DNA of 64,000 nt from Euglena gracilis (taxonomy: Eukaryota), in NCBI GenBank assembly GCA_039621445.1, contig CP154954.1, positions 15,952,140-16,016,139 of the forward strand, read 5' to 3'. Both the position numbers and the translations under genes were made by a program. The notes under the pieces were generated by a model. It was not told the origin of the DNA. It ran no database searches and worked only from the letters and a program-made list of their open reading frames with translations. This document shows positions 1 through 10,835 of the stretch, piece after piece (within the stretch, counting starts at the first letter, position 1; each line of letters starts with the position of its first letter).

Positions 1-2766
1 TTTCAGCAGTCATTTTTCTGCCTCACGTCAATGTCCTGACGTGTTTCAGTTCGAACGAAAACAATGGATAAAAAAAAATCCCCAAAACAGAAACCACCAC
101 TTCAGCACAGGGGAAAGAACAATGGGATAAAAAATATTCCTGCAGACAGAAGCCACCACTTCAGCATGAGAGAGGGTGACGAACGAGTCAGTCGCTCAGA
201 GATTTTAAAAAAAAAGCATCACATCGTTTCAGCCACCTCCCTCACATGAAAATAACCCGTTTGGAAAATACACTCTGGGGTGGGTCACCTCGCAGACAGC
301 CTGAGGAAGCCTCAGCAAGCTGGAAAGCGTTGGGAGAGGATATCCCACCATCCTTTCCTGCCCCTTGGTTCCATCTTTACCCAGCCTCCCCACTCCGGAA
401 ACTGTCCCCAGACAAATCAGCAAGCACCGATGTAGGAGGCAGGCCAGCAAGTACGGAGAGGGGGGGTGGGGCTGGGTGACAGGGAAAAAAGTCAAAAAAA
501 ATTCGACCGCCGGCAGACAGAAAATCCGACAACACAATTTTTCGCAAGTTTGGGATAAGCTTGAAAGCAATGTTCGGAGTTTTTTTCAACTCAGGAATCT
601 GCTTCTTCAAGAAAAAAGTGAAAAATTTCAAACAATCGTTGGGAGACAAGATGCGGGGAGAGAGGAGGACAGGTGCCCCCAATGAAGACAGGTTGGCGAA
701 TATGGAGGGAAGAGAACAGGCTCCCTGGGGGGATTCCAACCTCAGAGTTTTTCAAAGGAACTTCATTGAATTTTAACCTCGACATGTTGGCCAGTACCTG
801 GGGACCTGGCAGTTTCGCTGGTGGGCTGCTGACAGGTTCTCGGTCATGACAGCTTACTGAGAGGGGGGTGACGGCCAATTCTTCGACCCATTTCTGGAAA
901 CGTCTTTCTGCAACCAAAGCTCCAAAACTTTGGAAATTCTGCATCATGCCCTTGCTCCAACTTTACACCTTCCACCCAGAATGGGTTGGAAAAGAAACCT
1001 CACGGACATTTTTTTCCAACCTCTGCAAACCGCCGCTAATCAGACCACCACCGCCACCCCCATTTCCAAGTCAGGTCTGGTTGCAAGGAAGGAGAGCGCT
1101 CAAAAGGCATGCTAGGTTGCCCACCAATCGCACTCTGTTCTCTGGGAGAGAAAACATATAACAGGGCCATGACAGGCATGCATGTGAATGAGCCGCGCGT
1201 CGGAGAGGGGTTGGACATTGCACAGCAGCTCTCCACTGGACCAGGCGTAAGCTACATCCCCACAGGGAAAAATTAGGGGGAAAGATGGGAAATAATTCCA
1301 AGCTTCTTTTTACCAAACTCTGGGGGAGGGGATGCCTAGCAGGCTTCAGTTTACCAACTCTGGGGGAGGGGGGGGGTTCGTCCTGTAATAAAAAAAAAGC
1401 GCTTACCTGTACCGGTGGTGCAAGCTTCCTTCAGAAACCTTGGAAGGGTCATTCGTCAGTGAAGAGGCAATACACAACACAGCAACAGAAAATAGACGCC
1501 GACACACCAGCGTTGAGGCAGAAGTTGACGCCATCCCAACTCAAGCAAGGTCAGGTATTTTGATATGTCTACATTATACTGCTGCTCCGACAGCGCCTGG
1601 GTTAAGTAGTTCTGCAATAAAATTGGCTAGGTGGTATGACCTCCAGGGGGCTGGGAGCCATGGCAGGAGGTGGGCGATTTTGACGGTGTCACAATTTGGA
1701 CCTTACACTGGCATGGATTCTGTGTCTGTTGCAGGAGGATCAAAAGAGCTCATGCATAGTGTGTGGATGAAGAGCAAGAAAAAAAAACTTTCTGTTTCAT
1801 TGGCCTCACAATTACGGGATGCGATCAGAACAGTGACGGGTTTCTTCTTCCGCTAAAAGCCGGGTTGAACAGACTGACTATTCATTTGCAACTCAACCAC
1901 TGCGGAAATGCGGCACGACTCACCTGGTGCCACGTCCAATTTTGACGGCAAACCATCCGGCACCCTTTGAAACCTGGCACGTGTACTCCACCACAATTCT
2001 GTCAACAGAAAATGCTCGAGATTTTGTTGTTAAAATCATTCTTTGGGGTTGTAACGAGCAGATTTTTTCCACACATCCTGAGTAATTGTCCCGTTATGCA
2101 AATTAAGCTGAGATGGTGCCAAATCGAACGCTCTTATTCTGTTGTGCCGGCAAAAGTTCTCTGATGCGATAAAATCCATGTTCCTTTGCGCAATTGCACA
2201 AAAGAACATAGCACAAACATTCCAAGAAGAATGTACAATTGTTAAACTAACACACTGAACCTTTTTTTTGTTTGGGCACTGCAAATTCTGTAATGATGTC
2301 GCAAAGCAGCCGGTCCCACCGTCGCGGTATGCGGACTACGCCTGCCTCTGCCAAAATGGGGAAGATCCTGGGCAGATGCGTCCAGGAGCACTTCGTGGAG
2401 GGCTATGAGGTGTTTGTGGCCAATGCCCAGATGACCCCTACTGAACTTAATCATCCAGATGCCCACACCCAGGTCCTGCTGATTGCCAACAGCGCCTGCT
2501 TGGAGTACCTGCTGGTGGAGTTGTGATGGCAGCTGCGACTCAACTGGACAGAGTTGCTGCTGCGGGATGCCTAGGTCCTGTACCGTACAGTGCGCCACCG
2601 CGACTGCCCTACAGGTTGCCAACACAAAAAAACATACCCCCCCCTGACAGCACAAAAAAACATACCCCCCATCTGGTGAGTAAAGCTATAAGCAGCAATG
2701 CGGCGAATCAAGCGCTGGATTTGCCGCGAATGCAACCGTCATGCAAAAGGGCGGGGTATGGGAAGG

Positions 2767-2943
2767 TCAGTAGTGGGTGTGTCCACCGCGAGCCGCAATG
2801 ACAGCCCGCATGCGGTTAGGCATGCTGTCATAAAATGCTTTGACCTGTTCGGGGGAGATTTCTGCGAAGGCAGCTTGCAGAGCCGACCACAACTGGTCTT
2901 TGCCCGCAAACACATGCCCACGCAACTTGTGCAGCACCATGGC
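2767..2943 (-). pseudogene. Tc1 transposase C-terminus
   Basis: AMVLHKLRGHVFAGKDQLWSALQAAFAEISPEQVKAFYDSMPNRMRAVIAARGGHTHY*, a typical Tc1 C-terminus. Confidence 0.88.
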
Positions 2944-3139
2944 GGAAACGCCTGGTGTTTGCACGCCAATATTCGACATATTCACAATCCATTGTGCAGG
3001 ACTGCGGGCTACCGCTTCCAGCAGGACGGGGCTTCTCCCCACCGTGCGCGGAGTACCACAGCGTGGATGAGGTGGAAGCGAGTGCTGCGCTTCAACGGAG
3101 GGGTTTGGCCACCACAGTCGCCAGACCTTAACCCCATTC
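2940..3139 (+). pseudogene. Tc1 transposase catalytic segment, inverted relative to the rest of the gene
   Basis: The plus strand reads YRFQQDGASPHRARSTTAW...WPPQSPDLNPI, the Tc1 QQDxAxxH and WPxxSPDLNPI motifs. Confidence 0.88.
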
Positions 3140-3346
3140 GGACTTACCGGGGAGCTGCTGCATGAGGCTGAACGGCGCGGCCATGTGGTTTGGGGGGGGG
3201 GGGCGGTGGCGGAGGCTAGCCGGAGAACCCTGTCAGGGGAAGAGCAGGGGTGGTTAGGCCTGAGATCTCTGGTCTCCAGGGAAACCACGGGCTGGCACCC
3301 CGTGCCCCCTTTTTGCTAGGGGAAAGAATTGTTACCAAACCCAAAC
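3138..3346 (+). mobile_element. 5'-truncated 3' end of a putative non-LTR retroposon with (CCAAAC)n tail
   Basis: Near-identical to the reverse complement of 63750-63964; ends gttaccaaacccaaac. No RT motif is visible. Confidence 0.6.
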
Positions 3347-3943
3347 TGTTCACCGAGGACAGTAATGGCTTCCTTGCTGCGGTTTGGCAGCACAAGCCCG
3401 CCTTCCGTAGAATTGTACGGATGAATTCTGGAGATGGTTTTGGCGGTATCTGAAATTCACACAAAAAAAGCATATGCATAACGATTGACAAACACGCCTT
3501 AACCACTGCCCCTGCTGGACGGGCTAACAATGCGGTGCTAACTCGGAGGAAATGCTCGTCGGCGATTTGTTTGCAACTCCAAAAAAGGGTTTTTCATTGC
3601 CACTTTTAATACACCTCTTCGAAACCTGTGGGAATTAAGGAATGGAATATAATTTATTGCAAACGTCGCACACCGTTCTGAATATTTCTTTGCCTTTTGC
3701 TGATTGGATCCCGATCCAACTTTGCGATCAAGCGTGCCGCGTTCTTTGAATCTGGATGCCATACCTGGGATAAGTGGCTGGTGTGAATTGTGTACAAGCT
3801 GGGTATATACCTTGCACTGTAGCTTTGGATATTTTCTCATGATTTGCAATCTTATTGAGCGACCAGGGTGGAACAAAAGAGAGATACGTCTCCACGCGCT
3901 TGCTTAAAGCCGCTCTGTCGGCAGTGCTCATTTTTGGGGGCAT
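3347..3943 (-). pseudogene. Tc1 transposase N-terminal (HTH) exons
   Basis: MPPKMSTADR...WSLNKIANHEKISKATVQ, then a 46-nt GT-AG intron (3765-3810), GMASRFKERGTLDRKVGSG, and later IRTILRKAGLCCQTAARKPLLS. Further short introns and frameshifts are present. Confidence 0.8.
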
Positions 3944-5350
3944 GAGAGCAACTGGGGACAAAATGGAAAGGGGAATTTGCTTTTGGGGGGTATGTTTTTT
4001 GTGCTGGCAACCTGTATGGCGCAACAGCCCATCGTGGCCCCTGAGGACGTCCAATGCAGATGAAGGAGTCATTCAGCAGACGCCCGAGTCCCGGCGGCAT
4101 TCACCTGACTGAACCCGACTGAAATCAGTGGTCACGAGGAGCGAGCGGACGGGTGTCGGGTGGAACTGCGGCAGCAGAGGCGGGGAAAGTCTGCGTGCTG
4201 TGGTACGACAACTTTTGGAAGCACCAGATGCGCTCCACCCTTTCGAACCTGTCCGCACCCAGGACTGCACTGGCCATCCCGGAGTACCCAAAGTGCCCTT
4301 CCATGGAGAGGGTGCTGTGCTACGTCCCGCTGGTGGCCAGGCGCCCAGTGCAGAAGCACCAGGTGCGCTCCACCCTTTCGAACCTGTCCGCACCCAGGAC
4401 TGCACCGCCTAGCCATCGTGGCCATCGTGCAGACGACCCTGGTGGCCATCCCGGAGTACCCAAAGTGCCCTTCCGTGGAGAGGGTGCTGTGCTACGTCCC
4501 GCTGGTGGCCAGGCGCCCAGTGCAATCAGTCCTGGCGGACTTCGTGCAGCATCACCAACATCGCTGTGTCCCCGCTGGATGGCAAAGCGTGGACGTTCCC
4601 AATCAGTACACTCAGGACTTTGTTTCTTCTTTCTCATGCCATATGCCGTGAAAAACAATAATTTTCAGTGGATTGCTAGCAGAATTGCAGATGTGCAAGC
4701 TTTGTGGTATCAATTGGTTTGGGCAATTGTCTTTACAAGTCTTCACAGGCACCGTTTGCGCAATTGTGATTCTAATGTTTCAACAAATGTCTGGGTTAGG
4801 AGACAGTTCGAGTAAGGGATGGCACGACAACAAAATCTGAATCCTGCCTTTTTGGGGGGTTGCCTCCGCGTCTCCACAGAGGCTCCGCGAAGGCTCCAAA
4901 CGACCAGCCTCCACAGCGGCTCCTCAGAGGCTCTGTGGAGGCTCAGATGACCAATTTGCCAGAGCATGGCAAGACACATGGAAATGAACGGGAAGATCTC
5001 AAAAAAATGGAACGCAAAAAGACATTTGAGCCTCACCTTGCACAGAGTAGTGATGCCATTTTTGTTCTGGGGGGGCATCCCCTCCCCCAGACGAGGCCGG
5101 TGTCAAAAAATGACGCCAAAAAAGGAGCCAACAAAAAATGAATTGTATGCCAAAAACTTGGCATTCAATGAGGTCCAAGAGTGGGGTGACAGGGGGGGGG
5201 TGGCAGCGAAGGGGTGCGTGTGGGGTGGCAGCAGGGGGGGGGGTGAGGTGTGGGGGGGGTGGAGGGGGGGGGGGGTACTGGGGGCGCACCACTACACGCC
5301 ATCTCTCACTTTGAGCTCGAGCCAAAAAAAAAAAACAACAAACCCGCCCC

Positions 5351-5792
5351 CAAAAAGGCCGAGGGATGACGCCCCAGGGACCATTACAAGCCGAAAAAGA
5401 TTGCACACACACGCACACGAACATTACTCCCGTTTGATAAATCTTTTCTGTGGAATTTTCGATACTGCGGGCAAAAATCATAAACTTTCGATCGAGGGGG
5501 AGGTGTGGGAGGTCGATGCTGCTGGTTTCTTTCAGGTTCGGTCACACAAAAGAGCGACCCTGAAAAAGCAGTGGCGGGCTCGGGGCCCATTTTCCCTTTG
5601 AAACAGCCAACCTTTGCCATCGCTCCCCAACCATTTACCAAGTAAAACGATGCCTTGGGTCGTTAACACTCGGGGAACAGGAAAAAAGGCCGAGAAATGA
5701 TGCCCCAGGGCCCATTATAAGCCAACAAAAAAATTGCACACGCACTCACACCGCACATTACTCCTATTTGACAAACCTTTTCTGTGGAATTT
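5351..5792. repeat. ~110-bp imperfect direct repeat pair (~5351-5459 and ~5682-5792)
   Basis: aaaaggccgag...gatg.cgccccaggg.ccatta.aagcc...cattactcc...ttttctgtggaattt occurs twice. Confidence 0.7.
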
Positions 5793-7159
5793 CCCCCTGA
5801 GTGCCCCCCCCCCCCCTGGGTCCAACCTTCAAGAAATCCCTGATTTAACAAGGAATCTGATTTTCCAAACCGCCCTTTCAGCTGTCCAGATTCGACTTGC
5901 CTGCTGCTTTATGAATCAGGGCAAGGATGATTATGCCATGGATTAGATAGGATTAAATGTGGCATCGACCGACAATCCTGAACGTAACCCAAACCCTAGC
6001 TCAAACCAAACCCCAACCTGAGGACCCTTAAACCAGGTCCCCACCTGCTGGTGAGGTCCTGGCGTGGTCAATTGCCCTTTTTCTGCAGTGGAAAGCAGTA
6101 CTCTTCCATTCACTTGCAAATTTTCTTCCGTTTTGCACACTTTTTTTGCATTTTTGGAAGAGTTTTGCATTTACATGGTTTTTTGTGTGTTTTTCCCTTT
6201 AATTCTTTTTTCCCAACATTCTCATTTTTTATTTTTCAGGATTTTTCTTTGCATGTTTTAGCACACTTTTGCACGCTTTTTTCCCTGAAAATTTCCATAA
6301 TACAGATCCATACACTCAGACATTCATATTGACAAACAATCAAACATCCAGGCAGAGATGGGAAAATCCGTGAGAGAGAGAAACTGATCAAAACAGCATT
6401 CATTCATTCATTTCATAAAAACTGCAAAAAAAATCAGCTAATTGAGGTTTTGCAACTACAAAAAATCTTCAGAGTCCCCTCACAGAGGTGGGGAGCTTCA
6501 TAGATCAGGGCTATAATGGGGAGTTGGCGCCCTCACCATAACTAAAATGTATTGCACGTGTTGAGAGCTGCCCTAGATTCACCCAATATAAAGATTGTGG
6601 GTGCGACATGGCTCAGCGGAAGGATAACACTCCATGGCAGCAACCATCCTGTAGCAGCGGTTGCCGACTTCTGCTGGCAATCAGGGATGGGACAATCCAA
6701 AAGCAAGAGCAGACCCTGAAACAAACGAGGAGAGTGGGGCAACCTGTGAATGTCCAATGCTCTCAGGCAATTGGGCTCCTTAGGTAAGTCCCAATTTTTT
6801 CTTGTATATCCTTGTATAAAATCCTTGTATACAGATGAAAAATCTTAACATATTCAATAAATCTACAGTGTGCCCGGTAAATTATCAATTTTCGGGAAAC
6901 TGTCACCTGTCAAATCAGTGAGTACAGAGGGAGGTGAAAGGTCCCTATAAAGATAGGTCAAGGGTGCAGTGCTTGTCCGGGTAGCCAACACAAAAATCCG
7001 AAAATGTGGTTTTTCCACACATTTGCGATCAGCAGCCACAGAAATGCAAGCAATTTTTTTCGACTCGGGAAATGTGATTTTTCAACAAGAATGTGAAAAA
7101 TCTCAAAAAATATAGGTACAGGTCTGCCTGCCCCATCCCATAACCCCCCCCACTTATAC

Positions 7160-7603
7160 CAGGGGGGGAAATGCAACTTGGCCCTGCAAATTATGCAAGT
7201 CAAAAAAATGCAAAAAAAAATGCAAAAAAAAATGCAAAAAAAATGCAACTTGCATGAAAACCTTGAGAAAAAGCTGGAATATGACAGAGCTTTGCTGCCT
7301 AAAATCAAAAAAATTTCCAGGGCAAAATATTTTATGCAAAAAAAACGCAAAAAAAATGCAAAAAAAAATCCAAACATATGCCAACCAACTACAAAATTTT
7401 TCTCAAGGGCAAAATATTTTATGAAAAAAAATGCAAAAAAATGCAAAAAATTCCAAACATACGGCAACCAACTACAAAAAATTTTTCCAGGGCAAAATAT
7501 TTTATGCAAAAAAAGAAAAAAAAAAAGCATAAAAATGCAAATTTCAGGAAAACCTGATTATGCAAAAAAATGCAAATTATGCAAGTTGCATTCCCCCCCC
7601 CTG
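7160..7603. mobile_element. MITE with CAGGGG termini and 7-bp TSD (hAT- or P-like)
   Basis: TIR CAGGGGGGGAAATGCAACTTG / CAAGTTGCATTCCCCCCCCCTG; flanking CTTATAC at 7153-7159 and 7604-7610; internal ATGCAAAAA repeats. Confidence 0.85.
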
Positions 7604-7852
7604 CTTATACCCCCCCCATTGGGCCCAACTACCAAACCATGACTTATAACCACCCCCAGAAGGAAAAATGAAACATCAACAGGCCGCCGGTCTGGAAAGC
7701 CCAAAATGATTGTTTGGGGAAAATTTTTTGATTTTTCCCCCGAAAAATGGCCGAAAACGGCAGAATCGGAAGCCTGCCATGCTGTTTTATGCCATAAATC
7801 AGCCACATCTCGGGGTTTGGCAGGAAGATATCGGGAAATCAAAATACCATTA

Positions 7853-8720
7853 GATAGGGCATTCCACGGGCTTCAATTTAGGTCTCTGGACATTTCCTCT
7901 GATTTCGCTTCATTTCCGAGATATTTTGGAAACATCGATTTTTCTGGCCCCCAAAAAAGCCCAAAATGGCCCAGAAATGGGCCGAAACTGGCCGAAAAAA
8001 ATGCCGTAACTCTACGGCTACACGAAGGGTTGGGGGGAAAAAGAAAAAAACACGGTTGGATAAACCCCCCCCCAAAAATAAGACCCACCCAAAAAATAAG
8101 ACCCCCCACAAAAATAAGACTCCCCCTGGGCCGATCGAGCAAAAATCCAAAAATAAGACCCCCCCCCATAAATAAGACCCCCCTTTACGGCGCGAAGCGC
8201 CGGGGACGGTGAACTTTTCCCCTGAAAAATGACAAAAACCCAATTTCATACACAAAAATGATGAAATTTCAAAAATTTTCGGATTTTTGAAGTTCAAAAA
8301 ACACGGTAAATGTCAATTTACACCAATTTTCACATGGCGCGAAGCGCCGAAGGAAAAAATTATAGTCCTCTTGGGAACCTGAAAAATGGTGTTTTTTTCG
8401 GACCCGGGTCGGTCAAGAAAAAATCCAAAAATAAGACCCCCCCCAAAAATAAGACCCCCCCTGCAGGCTTCCAGCAACGGACCCAAAAATAAGACCCGGG
8501 TCTTATTTTTTGGGGGGGGGTTTAGGGCATTCCAAGGGCTTCATTTTTACTCTGCGGACATTTTCTTTGATTTTGCTTCATTGTCGAGATAATTTGGAAA
8601 AATCGATTTTTGACCAAAAAACGGCCCAAAAAAAACACCCAAAATGGCCATTTTGGGCCGCCGCAAAAGCGTGCCGGAACACGGGCCAGGCGTGTCGGCG
8701 GCCAAAACGGTGAAGGGGGG
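7853..8720. repeat. ~200-bp diverged tandem unit; the second copy is split by a MITE
   Basis: gatagggcattccacgggcttca...catcgatttt (from 7853) recurs as ga[TA-MITE-TA]gggcattccaagggcttca...aatcgatttt (from 8523). Confidence 0.65.
8063..8522. mobile_element. TA-flanked MITE with AAAATAAGACCC subterminal repeats
   Basis: TIR AACCCCCCCCCAAAAATAAGACC / GGTCTTATTTTTTGGGGGGGGGTT; TA at 8061-8062 and 8523-8524; internal GGCGCGAAGCGCCG twice. Confidence 0.85.
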
Positions 8721-10231
8721 GGGCGATGGAGGGCCTCCGGGGGTACATTTCGTCAGACCGCATTTCCGGAAATAATGTACGCTTTCTCGAGATATTTTCG
8801 AAAAATCGAATTTTTGACCGACGGGTGACCCATTTTTGGACCCTGGCGAAATGGCAGAGTCGGAAGGGGGGGCGGGGCGGGCCAATCCTACCCAGTTTGG
8901 ACCCCTTCGCGGCTGAATAACTTGGGCCTGGCGGGGAGTTGGGGGTCAAACGGAGGTGATTTGGAAACTAGAAATCCAGTCGCGACTGAAAAAAAAATTC
9001 CGGGAACGGAGCTGGGATCATGGTGATAATCCGCCGGTTCCTGAGGTGGCCCCGACCCGGGGGGGGGGAGGGGGGGGGCGGTTCGAACCCCCCCCCCATT
9101 TCCCCAGGGGTAAGCTTCGCTCTTACCCATAAAGGGATAAGAGCTCGGCGACTCCCCCCTATCACCTTCCTCATGTCTGCAGAGCTTCCCATACAACCCT
9201 GGGGCCGGGCTGGGCCGCCCTGGCTGCCACAAGCCTCAAACGTCTGCTGCAGCATGGCACCATCAGACACATGAAGAGCTCAGCACAAAACCTGGTTTAC
9301 AAGGTAGGTGGAAGGTTGCTTTGAAGGCGGTTCAGGGTTGGCACAGGGGACGTTTTCCCGGGTATGTGCGATGATGGCCCCGCACATTCCACAGAACCAG
9401 CCCAAATCCCATCTCAGAGTTGCGCCTGGTGGATTGGTGCTTTGTCGGGCAATTGCGACTGCTTAATCCAGATTGCACCGCTGCGGGATTGCAGAAATAT
9501 GGTTTGGCATCGAGTGATACAGATACAGATACAGAGACATAAAAATTGCCGAAATGTATCGCGTTTGGGCGTATTTTATTGGCCTTCTCACAAGTGAAAT
9601 CTTGGTGAAATTGGTGACCCCATCCACTGCGAACACTCCACTTGAAAGAAAAAAAAACAGGCCCTGATTTTAACCCCATTGAGCACGCGCACCAGTTGCA
9701 GGTCGGATGTTGTGCAGTCAGAGTGTTTTCTAACCGCGAGCAAGAATTGGCAGGCTGATGTGCTTGTAGGGACTTGATGGATTTCTTTCGAGGGAGCTGG
9801 GGGTAAACCCTGGGGTTTGGCATGACCTCATTTTGAGGTGGTGCTACTCAGTTCTAAGTGCTCCACCGGTACTCGCAACTCTGAGGTTCTTCAGCATGGT
9901 TCTGTGGAGTGTGGGGTGCCATTCTTTTTTCCCATTTCTTTTTTCAGGGGATGAAAATTCTCTGTGGACGTGGGTATGAGAATTTATGGGCACGCTGGAG
10001 ATAACCACACAGCTTGTCTTCCACTTTTTTTTTAAAATTTTTCTATCCCCTTTTTTCAGAGCGTTCTGGTCTCCGAATATGATTGCGACTTTGGCCGACA
10101 CCACCCATCCTTTTTAAGGCCATTTTTTTGCTCATCCAATCTTTTCTTCAACCCCAAATTCCCACCTCTGGTATGAATTTTTGCGAAAGTGCACCCCACT
10201 CCCAAGCACAATAAGCCACGATAGATGCCTA

Positions 10232-10632
10232 CATTCCCCCCCCCTTGTCCTTGACACGCCAAAATACGGGGAAAGTGCGGTTGACACGGGGGGTGTGTCA
10301 TGGACACGCCGTGTCATGGGAACCGTACCACAAAACATGCAGCAAAATGATGGCCAGGTAATCTAGGCCTCGGTTTAAGGGCCCAATCACCATAGCATCA
10401 ACAATAACTCCATTGGAGCGCTCATATCTCACTAAATCACCAAACTCAAAAGAAGATAAGTTCAAAGCCATGGTTCTGTACAGAAAATGGCAACCAATTA
10501 GCTCCAGAGACGAGCTCCAGAGACGTGAAGTGTGTCAAAAATACTTTACTCTTTTTAGGTACGGGAAAAGTGCGGTTGACACGGGGGGGGTGTCATGGAC
10601 AAGGCGTGTCAAGGACAAGGGGGGGGGGAATG
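10232..10632. mobile_element. Tc1/mariner-type MITE
   Basis: ~29-bp TIR CATTCCCCCCCCCTTGTCCTTGACACGCC and its reverse complement; TA at 10230-10231 and 10633-10634; internal direct repeat aaagtgcggttgacacgggggg. Confidence 0.9.
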
Positions 10633-10835
10633 TAAGATGATGTGCGACTTTTTTTGCAAGTGACCAGAGCTTTGAACCTGGTGCACCAGGAGGCTTTCGG
10701 ACGCAAAAACACGATTCCAAATAATTGGTAAAAATGCTGATAATTGTGGGACCCCCCTACTCAAGGACCAGTGAAAAATACAGCACTTAACAGGTACCCT
10801 CCCCCTCTTGTCCAAGACAAGCCAGTGTTGTATTT

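Larger units (their letters stand above)
2612..4014 (-). mobile_element. Tc1/mariner DNA transposon, rearranged
   Basis: TIRs CAGGTTGCCA(A/G)CACAAAAAA(A)CATACCCCC at both ends; TA duplications at 2610-2611 and 4015-4016; transposase fragments inside. Confidence 0.92.
2293..4651 (+). pseudogene. Decayed 'WYDNFWK' gene (putative Academ-like transposase N-terminal part), interrupted by a Tc1 element
   Basis: Removing 2612-4016 gives KILGRCVQEHFVEGYEVFVA...ELLLRDA*VLYRTVRHRDCP|MAQQPIVAPED...PGGIHLTEPD*NQW...VCVLWYDNFWK (4201-4221)...AIPEYPKCPSVERVL. This is collinear with the gene at 56322-57117. It has stops, frameshifts and an internal duplication at 4218-4524. The family call is inference. 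Confidence 0.6.

Noticed and set aside
1-1950. Short ORFs at the window start
   Set aside because: No recognisable motifs or codon bias; likely decayed repeat sequence.
5984-6045. Telomere-like taaccc/aaaccc units
   Set aside because: Too short and degenerate, and internal to the sequence.
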